The notes under the pieces were generated by a model. It saw nothing but the letters and a program-made list of their open reading frames with translations, had not been told where the DNA came from and did no database searches. Shown here piece by piece: positions 50,515 to 60,556 of a stretch of 64,000 nucleotides of DNA (positions are counted from its first letter, which is position 1; every line of letters begins with the position of its first letter). The translations under genes were made by a program, and so were the position numbers. This DNA is from Candidatus Latescibacterota bacterium. GTDB lineage: Bacteria; Latescibacterota; UBA2968; UBA8231. The stretch spans positions 6,528,001 to 6,592,000 of the forward strand of contig OZ244561.1 of assembly GCA_965217585.1 (NCBI GenBank). Reading direction: 5' to 3'.

Positions 50515-52202
50515 GGCCCCAGCCGCGGCACCGGCCCAAACCCCTCGGCGACAAGGCCTGCGCCGCGCCGGATGGTGAGCAGCCGGTTGCCCGCCACCCC
50601 GTCGATGCGCTCTTCCACCCCATCGGGCCAGCGCACCACGAGGTAATCGGCCGCGGTCGCCTCCCCCAAGCCGAAGTGCAGCCGCAGATCGTCCTGCGAC
50701 AGATACCCTGTGCCCGCGCGCACTTCCCGCATCTGCACCGCGCCGCCCACCGCGACAGTAACTCGTGCGCCAATGGCGTCTGTATTGCCCCCGGCGGCGA
50801 GCAGCCTCACCATCAGATAGTTGTGGCGATTGCCTCCGTCGTTGCGCAGCAAGGTCGGCGTGTCGTCGATGTTGACGACCGCAATGTCCAAGTCGCCGTC
50901 GTTGTCCAAATCCCCGAAGGCCGCGCCGCGACTCGACTTTTCCACCGCTAGGCCCGGGCCCGCGGCTGCGCCGACCTCGACAAATGCGCCGCCGCGATTC
51001 TCAAACAGGTGGTTGCGCTGGGCGTAGCGGGTGCCTAAGTCGCGGTGGTCAACGGCTGGGTACACGTGGCCGTTGGCGACGAACAGGTCGTCGTCGCCAT
51101 CGTTGTCGTAATCGCAAAAACCCGTTCCCCACCCCAAGGAGCTAATGCTCGCGCGGCCTAGGGTCGAACTGAAGCTGGCGTCGGTGAAAAATCCCCGGCC
51201 ATTATTATCGTAGAGCGCGTTGTTGTCGTGAGAGAAGTTGGTGACGAACAGGTCGAAATCGCCATCGCGGTCGTAGTCGCCGCCCGCCAAGCCCATGCCG
51301 CCCTGTTCGCGGCCGTCCTCGCTGTACGCAGTCGCCGATAGGAGCGCTACGTCCGCAAACGCACCCCGGTCGTTGCGGTAGAGCACATTCGGCGTCGAAT
51401 CATTGGCAATGTAAATGTCCAAGTCGCCGTCCTCGTCCCAGTCGCCAGCCAGCGTGGCAAAACCATAGTACTCGTAATCGGCAATGCCAACCGCCGCGCT
51501 GGCCTCGGCAAAGGCCCAATCCGCGCTGGGGCCGTCGTTGCGGTAAAACAGATCCCGCTCGCCCGGCATCCCACGCGGGCCGCAGAATACGTCCAGGCCT
51601 CGCCAAGTGCAATAGCTCGGATCGGCCGGGCGAAACGCCGGGTCAAAGTCGATGTAATTGGCCAAGTAAAAGTCCAAATCGCCATCTAGGTCGTAGTCGC
51701 CAAAGGCCGCAGACGAGCTCCAGCCGCCAAAATCCACGCCCCGCTCGGCGGCCACATCGACAAAAGTGCCGTCGCCGTCGTTTTCGTACAGGGCATTGGG
51801 GCCGTAGTTGGCCAAGTACAGATCGGGCCATCCATCGGCGTTGTAGTCGGCCGCCGCAGCTCCCATGCCCCAGCCCACGTGGGCGACGCCGGCCTCTCGG
51901 CCAACGCCTGTAAAGCGCCAAGCGCCGTCGTTGCGGTACAGCTCGGCGCGGGGTTCGCGGCCCGGGGCGTACCCGGCGAGGCGCGCGCCGTTGACGATGA
52001 AAATGTCCACATCCCCGTCTAGGTCGTAGTCTAAAAGGGCCGTCCCGCCCGTGTTGCATTCGACGATGTGCTCTTTTTGCGGTGTCCCGGATACCGTGCG
52101 TAATTGGACCCCCGCTTCGGTGGCCACATCGACGAAAAGGGGCCGGGCCTCCTCGCTCCCGCACCCTGCCAACGCCCAAATCGCGGCTAGTACAAACCGC
52201 AT
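50511..52202 (-). CDS. CRTAC1/ASPIC-UnbV family FG-GAP repeat lipoprotein
   Basis: LAGC lipobox; about 7 DxDxDGDxD repeats; C-terminal DAIGARV...GYLSQ...HFGLG...VRWPDG. Confidence 0.93.
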   Translation of the reverse strand: MRFVLAAIWALAGCGSEEARPLFVDVATEAGVQLRTVSGTPQKEHIVECNTGGTALLDYDLDGDVDIFIVNGARLAGYAPGREPRAELYRNDGAWRFTGVGREAGVAHVGWGMGAAAADYNADGWPDLYLANYGPNALYENDGDGTFVDVAAERGVDFGGWSSSAAFGDYDLDGDLDFYLANYIDFDPAFRPADPSYCTWRGLDVFCGPRGMPGERDLFYRNDGPSADWAFAEASAAVGIADYEYYGFATLAGDWDEDGDLDIYIANDSTPNVLYRNDRGAFADVALLSATAYSEDGREQGGMGLAGGDYDRDGDFDLFVTNFSHDNNALYDNNGRGFFTDASFSSTLGRASISSLGWGTGFCDYDNDGDDDLFVANGHVYPAVDHRDLGTRYAQRNHLFENRGGAFVEVGAAAGPGLAVEKSSRGAAFGDLDNDGDLDIAVVNIDDTPTLLRNDGGNRHNYLMVRLLAAGGNTDAIGARVTVAVGGAVQMREVRAGTGYLSQDDLRLHFGLGEATAADYLVVRWPDGVEERIDGVAGNRLLTIRRGAGLVAEGFGPVPRLGP

Positions 52203-53447
52203 TTACTGTTGCGCCCTCAACGCGGCGGCCTCGGCGCGGGTCGCGCGACCCTCTGCCACGCGCCCCTGCTGGATCAGCGCGGTGCCCAAGCCCTCGAGGG
52301 CCGAGACCATGCCCCCGTCGAGGGCCAAGGCGCGGCGAAACGCGGCGGCGGCCTCTTCGTACTCGCCGAGGGCCAAGCTGTTGTTGCCTATGTTCTCAAA
52401 GGCTAAGGCGTAGTCGGGCTTGTGGCGCACCGCGCGCAGTAAAAAGGGCCGGGCGACCGCGTGTTGCTCTTGTAGCGAATAGATCACCCCGATGTTGTGG
52501 CTGGCCTCCGCGTACGTGGAATCGAGGGCTAAAGCCGCCTCGAACTGCTCTAGCGCAGCCGCCAACTCTCTTCTGCGCAAATAGACCAATCCCAAGTTGA
52601 AATGCGTGGCCGCCTGCTTGTCGGTCGCCAGCGGCACGGCCTGGCGATAGAGCAAGCGGCGGTAGTGATCCTCGTCCATCGTCGAGCTGCTCAACTGCTG
52701 GAAAAGCTCAATCATCCGCGACCCCTCGGCGACGCGCTCCATGCGCGCATAGAGCGTGCCCAAGCTATAATAGGCCGAGGTGTAACCCGGGTCTGCGGCA
52801 ATGGTCTGCTCCATGGCCGCCATGGCCTGCGGATCGTCCTGCAAGCGCAAGTACACCAGCGCCAAGTAGTAGTGGGCGTGAGCCAAGCCGGGGTCGAGTT
52901 CAATTGCCTTCAGCAGCGCGGTCTTGGCGTTTTCATTGTCGCCGCGTGAACACAGCACAAAGCCCAACACAAAGTGCCCATAGCCGCTCTCTGCTGCCAG
53001 TTGCAGCCCTTCTTCGGCCGTTGCAAGCGCCTTTTCATACCCGTCGCCGCGCTCGTTGTACAGCAGCGCCAAGGCCCAGTACACCTCGGCAAAGACCGGT
53101 GCCTTTTCGAGTGCGCGTTTAAAGGCAGCTATGGCCTCGCTTTTGCGGTGCTCTTTGGCGAGGGCAACCCCGAGATAGTAGTGGGCGTCCGCGTCGTCGG
53201 GTGCGACCGCAACCAGTTCGGACAGCACGGCGGCGGCACGGCGCGTGCGGTCCTTTTTCAGGTAGAGCCACCCCAAGGCCCAGAGCACCTCTGGATCTGC
53301 GGGGTTTTGCTCGTAGGCGCGCTGGTAGAACGCGAGGGGCTGGGGCGTGGCAGGCTTTTTGAGGACGTGGCGCTCTGGGGAGCCACAGCCGATCCCTCCG
53401 AGGAGGCCGACTAGCCCTATCCACGCCATGGCAAGGCGCATGTCCAT
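52203..53447 (-). CDS. TPR-repeat lipoprotein
   Basis: Signal peptide ending in GC; many TPRs (AHYYLG, AYYSLG, THFNLG). Confidence 0.9.
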   Translation of the reverse strand: MDMRLAMAWIGLVGLLGGIGCGSPERHVLKKPATPQPLAFYQRAYEQNPADPEVLWALGWLYLKKDRTRRAAAVLSELVAVAPDDADAHYYLGVALAKEHRKSEAIAAFKRALEKAPVFAEVYWALALLYNERGDGYEKALATAEEGLQLAAESGYGHFVLGFVLCSRGDNENAKTALLKAIELDPGLAHAHYYLALVYLRLQDDPQAMAAMEQTIAADPGYTSAYYSLGTLYARMERVAEGSRMIELFQQLSSSTMDEDHYRRLLYRQAVPLATDKQAATHFNLGLVYLRRRELAAALEQFEAALALDSTYAEASHNIGVIYSLQEQHAVARPFLLRAVRHKPDYALAFENIGNNSLALGEYEEAAAAFRRALALDGGMVSALEGLGTALIQQGRVAEGRATRAEAAALRAQQ

Positions 53448-53468
53448 AAAACGATGCAGAGGCGATAG

Positions 53469-53504
53469 ATAAAGAGAGATGAAGTCGCCTCCACCTCTCT
53501 TTAT
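53469..53504. terminator. Hairpin, possible terminator of the 53553-54452 gene
   Basis: ATAAAGAGAG...CTCTCTTTAT inverted repeat. Confidence 0.45.
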
Positions 53505-53552
53505 TTAAACTACGCCCAAGGTGCGAACTAGCGAAAGACGCTAGGGTGCGCT

Positions 53553-54452
53553 TTATTGGGCCATATAGCCTTTGATCCGACCCCAGCTATCGGCATCGAC
53601 AGCCGTCTCGCCGCCGCTAGTGCCGCCCGTAGCGCCTTCGGTCTCCACCGTGATGAAGTCCGAGCCGTTCGAGTTATCCTGGAAGGGGCCGTTGACCGGC
53701 GTAGTGCCCGGCTGCTTCTCGCGGCCCATCTCGGGATTCTCGGTCTCGTCAAACCGGAAAGTCAGACCGATGATCTGGTCGGGGGCAAAGTTGTGGCGGG
53801 CGCTGCCGTTGGGACCCGTCTTGTCGTGGAAGGTCCACACGGCCTGCTTGACCTCGTAAGTATAGGTCACTGAACTACCAGCGGGCTGCTCCAGCGGACG
53901 AGCGTCCGGCGGATCGAGGGTCCACTCATAGACGAACCAAGGACGCTCGGTGGACCACAGGATACTCTCCTGCGGCACGTTGAAGATCCAAGTGTCCTTC
54001 TGACCAGCGGCGGGCAGGACGCGGATGCCGTACTGCTGGCCGGAGGTCATTTCGGTCTCGACGAAGTTCTCGCTCGAGTGGTCGGCATCGACGATGATTT
54101 CCAGTGAGTCGTCCTTCCAATACTCCTCGGGGTTCTCGACGAAGAGGCCCAGCGAGTCATCGGTAACCCGAGAAAAGTAGTAGAGCGAATTGTCCGGTGC
54201 CGAGCTCCAAGCCACGTAGAGAATGCAGTCCCAGTCGTCTTTGGCCGGGGGCCACTCGCTGCCGAGGATCTCGTACATGGTGTCCGGGTTGATGGCAAAA
54301 GCCAGATCGATCCAGCCCCAGTCGTCGTCGTTGCCATCGATGACCATATTGTCGGGGTTGGGAATCTGCGGCATGAAATAGTTAGCCTGATGCGCGAAAG
54401 CCGCCGAAGCAGCTATCACCGCGACCAAGGCGAGAAAACAAAGTCTCTTCAT
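53553..54452 (-). CDS. Secreted CBM9/DOMON-like protein with a C-terminal TAVxxxSWGRIK motif
   Basis: Signal peptide (AFA), IDGNDDDW, LYYFSRVTDD, WKDDSLEIIVDADHS; GGAGG RBS. Confidence 0.75.
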   Translation of the reverse strand: MKRLCFLALVAVIAASAAFAHQANYFMPQIPNPDNMVIDGNDDDWGWIDLAFAINPDTMYEILGSEWPPAKDDWDCILYVAWSSAPDNSLYYFSRVTDDSLGLFVENPEEYWKDDSLEIIVDADHSSENFVETEMTSGQQYGIRVLPAAGQKDTWIFNVPQESILWSTERPWFVYEWTLDPPDARPLEQPAGSSVTYTYEVKQAVWTFHDKTGPNGSARHNFAPDQIIGLTFRFDETENPEMGREKQPGTTPVNGPFQDNSNGSDFITVETEGATGGTSGGETAVDADSWGRIKGYMAQ

Positions 54453-54605
54453 TAGTAACGACCTCCAAAATAGGATGGAATGGAGACGAAAGCGCCGATT
54501 TATAGGCTATTTGCATACCTGTCAAGGAATTTTATTAGTTAGTAGTTATATTTATTAGCTTACGTTGCCCCCGGCTGCTGCATTGACAATCCCGCGTTTT
54601 TTTAC

Positions 54606-56351
54606 TTGGCCCTTTCGCCTCGCACCCTCAACGGGTTTTCCTTGCGCGATCTATCTACAACCATCGCCGTCCTCGCCCTGATCTTGGTCGGCTGGTACGC
54701 TCTTAACCAATGGGGCTTATCCGTCTATCCAGACGACCCGTCCGCCGGCGGCGAGTACACCGTCATCCGCTGGGCCTCCGACCCCAATCCGGCGCGCACC
54801 GAACAAATGGCCCTCTTCAACCGGCTCTATGAAGACAAGAAAGTGCGCGTCGTCCTCGACCCAAGCGCGGACGTGCAAAAGATCCTCACCCAGGCCGCGG
54901 CCGGCTCCGGGCCAGACGTCTTCGACATCTACAGCTATGCGACCTTCGCGCTCTACGCCTCCAAAGGCGTCATGGTCGAGTTGAACGACTACATGCGCGA
55001 GGCCAAGCTGAGCCTCGACGATTTCTGGCTGCATCGGCGCAACGCCCTCGCCGTGCCAGTGGCCGGCGCGCCGGTCGAGGCCGACGAATACGAACGCTTC
55101 CGCATCTACGCCGTCCCCAACAATGTCTCCACCAGCGTCACCTTTCTCAACCGCTCGCTCTACGACGCGGTCGCACGCGAGCGCCAAGTGCAGACCTTGG
55201 CCATGCCGCCCTTGCCGTGGAACCACTGGACTTGGTGGGACTACGTCCTCTTGTGTCAGGCCCTCACCAAAAAGAGCGCCGATGGCCGGCGCTATGAGAC
55301 CTTTGGCTCGGGCGGGCCGGGCTTTGGCGGGGGGCTGAACAACTTCATCTACCAAGCCGGCGGCAGCCTCCTCAACGACGACGGCACTGAGATTGCCCTC
55401 GATTCCCCAGCCGGCGCCGCGGCCGCTCAATATCTGTACGATCTCGTCAACACCTTCCACGTCGTGCCCTCGGCCGAAGACCAGTCCGCGCAAACAGGTG
55501 GGGGTGGTTGGGGCGGGCAATCCATACTGGGGCTGTACGCGGCGGGCAAGCTGGGCACCATTCTCATCGGCCGCTGGGGGCTGATCAAGGTGCGCCGCGA
55601 AGCCCGCTTTACCACCGAGATTTACCCCATGCCCCGCTACGTGCCCTACGAGGGGTGGGAACGCTGGATGAGCGACCCCGAGATGCGTGCCAACCCGAGC
55701 CTGCGCGACGGCCCTTGGGGCGAGGTCAGCGAGACTGGCCGCCATCGCGGCAAGGCCGCCGAGATGGGCGGGCGGGTGACGGCCATCCGCAAGGGCACCC
55801 AGCACGAGCGGGAGGCTTTTTACTTTTTGGAATACTTGTCCAGTCCGGATTTCAACAACTTGTTGACCAAGGACGCAGATGCCTTCGGCAGTCGCAAGCA
55901 GTTCTCGGTGCGCTATTTCTCTCAGCCCGACCCCGAGTTCCCCGACGAGGACCAACACCGCTCGGCCCTGCTCGACGCCATGGAATACACGGTCGCAGAG
56001 CAGGCCACAGCCTACGGGGCCGCCTTTAACATCACTCGCTTGCAGGGCGCACTGAGCACCAACCTCATCAACGCGGCCTACCAGCCCGCCGACTCAACGG
56101 CCCGTCAGACCTACCGATTCCTCGGCCGCATGCCCGACCAGAATGCAGTGGGCAACCCCACGGTCGGCCACGCCGCGGTCGCCGAAATGTCCGCCCGCAT
56201 GCGCGAGTCCTTGGCCAAAGCCAAGCGCAATCGCACGCTCTCCAGCCGCAGCCACGCACTCGACCTCTTCGGGATCGCGGCCCTCCTGTTGGCAATCGGC
56301 GTCGGCCTGGCGTTTTACGTTCGGCGGCAACGCGAGGAGATGGACGCTTGA
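54606..56351 (+). CDS. Carbohydrate ABC transporter solute-binding protein with N- and C-terminal TM helices (start uncertain; TTG 54642 possible)
   Basis: AAAGSGPDVF, IYAVP, WTWWDY, YQAGGSLL, EAFYFLEYL; hydrophobic segments at both ends. Confidence 0.82.
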   Translation: MALSPRTLNGFSLRDLSTTIAVLALILVGWYALNQWGLSVYPDDPSAGGEYTVIRWASDPNPARTEQMALFNRLYEDKKVRVVLDPSADVQKILTQAAAGSGPDVFDIYSYATFALYASKGVMVELNDYMREAKLSLDDFWLHRRNALAVPVAGAPVEADEYERFRIYAVPNNVSTSVTFLNRSLYDAVARERQVQTLAMPPLPWNHWTWWDYVLLCQALTKKSADGRRYETFGSGGPGFGGGLNNFIYQAGGSLLNDDGTEIALDSPAGAAAAQYLYDLVNTFHVVPSAEDQSAQTGGGGWGGQSILGLYAAGKLGTILIGRWGLIKVRREARFTTEIYPMPRYVPYEGWERWMSDPEMRANPSLRDGPWGEVSETGRHRGKAAEMGGRVTAIRKGTQHEREAFYFLEYLSSPDFNNLLTKDADAFGSRKQFSVRYFSQPDPEFPDEDQHRSALLDAMEYTVAEQATAYGAAFNITRLQGALSTNLINAAYQPADSTARQTYRFLGRMPDQNAVGNPTVGHAAVAEMSARMRESLAKAKRNRTLSSRSHALDLFGIAALLLAIGVGLAFYVRRQREEMDA

Positions 56352-57505
56352 AACCCCGCGAAAAGAGAATTCTGCGCTGGGCGCTGATTTTTCTCGCGCC
56401 CAATCTGACCGGGTTTTTGATCTTTACATCCCTGCCGGTGCTGTTCTCGTTTGGCCTCGCGTTCTTTCAGTGGGACACGTTCTCCGCGCCCCGCTTCATC
56501 GGCTTCGACAACTTCATTCGGCTGCTGACCGATCCCAAGCTCTGGTTCTATCTCTACAACACGGTCTTTCTCATGGTGGGCCTGCCCCTGTCTATCGGCG
56601 GCTCGCTCCTGTTGGCCATCGTCCTCTCGCAAAAACTGCGCGGCATCATCGTCTATCGCACCGTCTTCTACCTCCCCACCGTCACCAATGGGGTTGCGCT
56701 GTTCTTGCTCTGGAAGTGGCTCTACAACCCCAAATACGGCCTCGTTAACTCAATCCTGTTACCCGTGCTCTCTTGGCCCTACTTCTCGCTTGCCGTGCGC
56801 ATCGCGATCCTCGTGCTGATAGGCTTGGTCCTGCAATCCCTCGCGCGCAAAGCCACGTCCGCGCGATCGGCCCAAATCCTGTCCGCGCTCCTTGCGGCCG
56901 CCGCACTCTACTGGGTCGCCAGCGGCCTATACGAGTACGGCGGCCCCTCGGCTTGGCTGTCGGGGCGCATGGCCCTGCTGTCCGGCCTCGACAGCATCGA
57001 CGACTTGCCCAACTGGCTTTCCAGCAGCGTCGATTTGGGCTGGCTTTCTTGGCTCGGCCTAGAGCAAGCCGCCTATTGGGCCAAGACGGCCATCATCTTC
57101 ATGGGCATCTGGGCCTCCATGGGCGGGGGCAACATGATCCTCTACCTCGCGGCCCTCGCCAATGTGCCCGAGGAGTTGTACGAAGCCTCGGACATCGACG
57201 GAGCTTCGAAGTGGCAGCAGTTTTGGCATATCACTTGGCCGATGATCGCCCCGACGACCTTCTTTATATGCGTCATGTCTATTATCGGCGGGCTGCAAGG
57301 GGGCTTTGAGATCGCCTACTTGATGACCAATGGCGGCCCGGGCAAAGACGGGGACAACACGGTCACGCTCGGCTACTACATCTACCGCTCGGCCTTTGAA
57401 AACCTAGAGTTCGGGTACGCGGCCGCCGTGGCTTGGTTCATGTTCGTCATCATATTCTCTATCACGCTGTTCAACTGGCGCTTCGGTCGGGGCGCGGTCA
57501 ACTGA
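56348..57505 (+). CDS. Carbohydrate ABC transporter permease (MalF-type) with an insertion
   Basis: GFDNF, YRTVFYLP, ELYEASDIDGA (EAA loop), GYAAAVAW. Confidence 0.93.
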   Translation: MKPREKRILRWALIFLAPNLTGFLIFTSLPVLFSFGLAFFQWDTFSAPRFIGFDNFIRLLTDPKLWFYLYNTVFLMVGLPLSIGGSLLLAIVLSQKLRGIIVYRTVFYLPTVTNGVALFLLWKWLYNPKYGLVNSILLPVLSWPYFSLAVRIAILVLIGLVLQSLARKATSARSAQILSALLAAAALYWVASGLYEYGGPSAWLSGRMALLSGLDSIDDLPNWLSSSVDLGWLSWLGLEQAAYWAKTAIIFMGIWASMGGGNMILYLAALANVPEELYEASDIDGASKWQQFWHITWPMIAPTTFFICVMSIIGGLQGGFEIAYLMTNGGPGKDGDNTVTLGYYIYRSAFENLEFGYAAAVAWFMFVIIFSITLFNWRFGRGAVN

Positions 57506-57518
57506 GGAGGAAAGGCGC

Positions 57519-59000
57519 ATGGCCAAAGTCGCGCACACGACCGCGATCCACTCGCTGAGCCACTGGCTGCTCATCCTCTTCGGCTTCACCACGCTGGTGC
57601 CGTTCCTGTGGATGGTGCTCACCTCGCTCAAGAGCGAAAACGAGGTCTTCCAGAGCCATGTATGGCCGCAGGAGGTGCGCCTCGGCAACGAAGGCGATCT
57701 GCTGAAGACCCGCGATGGCCAACCGCTGCTCGACGCCCAAGGCGAGCCGATCCGCATCACCCTCGGCAATCCGGTGATACTCGGTGCCCCCGGCGACCCG
57801 ATCCGCGACCAGCAGGGCCGCCTGATCTACGACCCGGAGGGCCAGCCCATCCCCGGCAAAAACGTCGAAGAGCGCGGCGGCATCGCCGTGTACAAAAACC
57901 GCTGGAACCCGGTCCTCGTCGAAGGTGCTCCCCTGCTGCTGACCCAAGCCCTGCGCGACAAGTGGCAGAAGCGGCTCGTGCAGCAGCGCCAGAGCTGGCG
58001 CACGGCCGAGCAGCTAGCGCCGGCCTCGGTCGAGCTTGCCGACGGCACCCCGCTGTTGCGCACCGACGGCGAGGCTTATACCTACCGCGACATTTCTTGG
58101 GATCGCGTCGGGGACCCGGTTTTGGATGTCCACACTCAAGAGCCGATTCTCGACGCCGATGGCAACACTATTCCCTTTCGCTCGGCCTTTCCCCTGCTCA
58201 GGAGCGACGACGACCCGCTGACGGAAAAAGCCGGGGGCAATGTCCTCTACGCCCGCTTCCCCGGTGAAGACCAATTGCGCATCGCGTACGGCAGCGATGT
58301 GTTGCAGATCAGCGAGCCGCGCTTCATGTGGTCTAACTACATCCGGGTCTTGCGCGACAAGGACATCAAGTTCTCGCTCTACGGCTGGAACAGCCTCTTT
58401 GTCGCCGTCTGCGTGATGGTCGGCCAAGTGACGACCTCGGCCATGGCCGGTTTTGCCTTTGCCCGCCTCGAATGGCGCTACCGCGACGCCGTCTTCCTGC
58501 TCTACTTGGCCACCTTGATGGTCCCCGGGATCGTCACCTTGCTGCCCAACTACGTGATCCTCAAAAGCCTCGGCTGGCTCGACTCGTTCCAAGCGCTCAT
58601 CATCCCGGCCATGTTCACCGCTTTTGGCACCTTTATGATGCGCCAGTTTATGACCGGGCTGCCCAGGGGGCTCGAAGAAGCCGCTGAAATCGACGGTGCC
58701 AACCTCTGGAAGACCTTCTGGAGCATCGTCATGCCCCTGTCCAAACCGGCGTTGATCACCCTCTCGATCTTCTCCTTTATGGGCACTTGGCAGTCCTTTA
58801 CCTGGCCGCTGATCGTCACCCATTCCGAGCACATGCGAGTCTTGCCGGTAGCCCTGCGCTACTTCGATTCCTCGCAGGGGACCAACTACTCGCTATTGAT
58901 GACGGGAAGCGTTCTGATGATGCTGCCGATGATCGTGATCTTCGTCTTCGGCCAGCGGTTCTTCGTGCGCGGTATCCAACTCGGCGCACTCAAAGGTTGA
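57519..59000 (+). CDS. Carbohydrate ABC transporter permease (MalG-type) with a ~210-aa loop insertion
   Basis: PFLWMVLTSLK, WSNY, AGFAFAR, LEEAAEIDGA, QRFFVRGI. Confidence 0.93.
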   Translation: MAKVAHTTAIHSLSHWLLILFGFTTLVPFLWMVLTSLKSENEVFQSHVWPQEVRLGNEGDLLKTRDGQPLLDAQGEPIRITLGNPVILGAPGDPIRDQQGRLIYDPEGQPIPGKNVEERGGIAVYKNRWNPVLVEGAPLLLTQALRDKWQKRLVQQRQSWRTAEQLAPASVELADGTPLLRTDGEAYTYRDISWDRVGDPVLDVHTQEPILDADGNTIPFRSAFPLLRSDDDPLTEKAGGNVLYARFPGEDQLRIAYGSDVLQISEPRFMWSNYIRVLRDKDIKFSLYGWNSLFVAVCVMVGQVTTSAMAGFAFARLEWRYRDAVFLLYLATLMVPGIVTLLPNYVILKSLGWLDSFQALIIPAMFTAFGTFMMRQFMTGLPRGLEEAAEIDGANLWKTFWSIVMPLSKPALITLSIFSFMGTWQSFTWPLIVTHSEHMRVLPVALRYFDSSQGTNYSLLMTGSVLMMLPMIVIFVFGQRFFVRGIQLGALKG

Positions 59001-59003
59001 CCG
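58882..59003 (+). repeat. Direct repeat copy 1 (122 bp; 3' end of the permease gene)
   Basis: Matches 60557-60678 with 8 mismatches by manual alignment. Confidence 0.95.
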
Positions 59004-59064
59004 CCCTCGCCTCATCCACCATGAGCATGGCGAACAGGGTAATTGCAGCGATCATAGGCGACAT
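59002..59064 (-). pseudogene. Truncated signal-peptide remnant of a third islet paralogue
   Basis: Minus strand encodes MSPMIAAITLFAMLMVDEARA, similar to the N-termini of the two neighbouring islet genes; the similarity ends at the repeat. Confidence 0.5.
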
Positions 59065-59092
59065 ACAAATATATTCTTCCGTTATTGAGAAG

Positions 59093-59821
59093 TTAAAAGC
59101 GTAGCGTTGCTCTGGCCGACAAGCCCCTTTGGAGATCTGGCACCAAGCCGAAAGATACGCGGGGACTAGGCCGACGAAATTTTCCGAATAGCCACTTGAA
59201 TGGATTGGGATTGCGATACCGCTTGGGGAGTAGCCGGGATAGCTCCGATGCCATTATTGGGGACCCCATAGCAACCACCAAACTGGCCTTTGCGGTCGTC
59301 CCTCCCATCTTCACGCCCAGAATCACAGACCCCAGAGCCAGACCATACCCCCCTACGTATGTCATCCAGAAGGAACTCTCCACCGGATCGGCCAAATACA
59401 CGCCAAGCGGGTATCCGACAACTAGCCCGACAAAGAAGTATCCGGCCTCCTCAGGCCACAGAACCTCCTCAGGCTCCTCTCCGATAAAAGGTTGTGCCAC
59501 TATTATGGCTAGGAATCCTGTCCCGACTGCCGTCAGCACACCTAAGCCCGCCTTTGTCGGAATCCTCGTAATCGCCCTATCGTCTAGGAAGTACGAATCC
59601 ACCGGCTCAGCCTCCACGGCCAATGAATCCACCGGCTCGGCTTGGACCGACTGAACCAGCAGTTTGAACTGGCCACTAGCGCGACCAGCATCTACCTGCG
59701 TACTGTCGCTAACCATCGCTCTTGAGGAAGGCCCTGCATTGGTCGCCGCTTCGACCGTCCCGTCGGCCTTCGCTGCCCCCATGGAGGAGAACAGGGTCAG
59801 CGCAACGATTACAAAGGGCAT
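59093..59821 (-). CDS. Hypothetical secreted/membrane protein
   Basis: Signal peptide, Gly-rich hydrophobic segments, C-terminal RVSFGLVPDLQRGLSARATLRF. Confidence 0.75.
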   Translation of the reverse strand: MPFVIVALTLFSSMGAAKADGTVEAATNAGPSSRAMVSDSTQVDAGRASGQFKLLVQSVQAEPVDSLAVEAEPVDSYFLDDRAITRIPTKAGLGVLTAVGTGFLAIIVAQPFIGEEPEEVLWPEEAGYFFVGLVVGYPLGVYLADPVESSFWMTYVGGYGLALGSVILGVKMGGTTAKASLVVAMGSPIMASELSRLLPKRYRNPNPFKWLFGKFRRPSPRVSFGLVPDLQRGLSARATLRF

Positions 59822-59846
59822 AGTGGGGCCTTCTCTCGTGAAATGG

Positions 59847-60486
59847 TCAAAAGCGGAGTTGGGTAACAGCGGAGAGTCCGCCGTTGAGGGTAGGGGCTAA
59901 ACCAAAGGAGACGCGGCGATCTTGAGGAGGCTTGCGCGATTTCTCTGACGCATGGAGTGAAATAATAGGGCCGAATAAGGCCACCATTCCTCCTATAGCC
60001 GGGCTCCCCCCGACTTCTACCAAGGCATAGCCAGCCAATCCAGGCATAAGACCGCCCATGAGTGTCGCGACGAAAGAATCGTGAGGATCAACTAAGGTCA
60101 CACCAATCGGGAATCCGACCATACTGCCGACAAGAAGGCCTTGAACAAAAAAGACTATCCCTTCCAAGCCGTCACTGGGAGTATATGGATCTGGATCCTC
60201 CCATCTTGCGGCCTGAACACCCGTGCCTATGATTCCCATAATAAAAAGGGGATTTTCTACCCTTACGATGTATCCCCATCAGGTCATAGGTGGAAGAAAG
60301 AGAATCAAAATCGGCGATTCCGGTAACCAACGTCCCTTCGTCAACAGCCTCTAACAGAGCCGAAACCACCGCCTTGTGCCCTCCACGGATGGAGATCGTG
60401 ATTTCTGCTGGCTCGGTTTCCGCATACGCATCGCCCATCAGCAGTACGGCGAACAACGCAATGACGACCATTCTATACGTTATCAT
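59847..60486 (-). pseudogene. Disrupted paralogue of 59093-59821 (frame break near 60235-60245)
   Basis: The signal-peptide ORF (60172-60486) and the C-terminal ORF (59847-60239, ending RVSFGLAPTLNGGLSAVTQLRF) lie in different frames. Confidence 0.65.
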
Positions 60487-60556
60487 TGTTGTGCCCTCCA
60501 TCGGTGAAGTCCTCCACCGTGTCTGCCACGCTCCCCACAAGGCTCCTCCACCGCGC

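Larger units (their letters stand above)
59004..60556. mobile_element. 1.55-kb inserted islet between duplicated gene ends, no mobility gene
   Basis: Flanked by a 122-bp direct repeat; visibly lower GC; carries only paralogous hypothetical genes. Confidence 0.6.
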
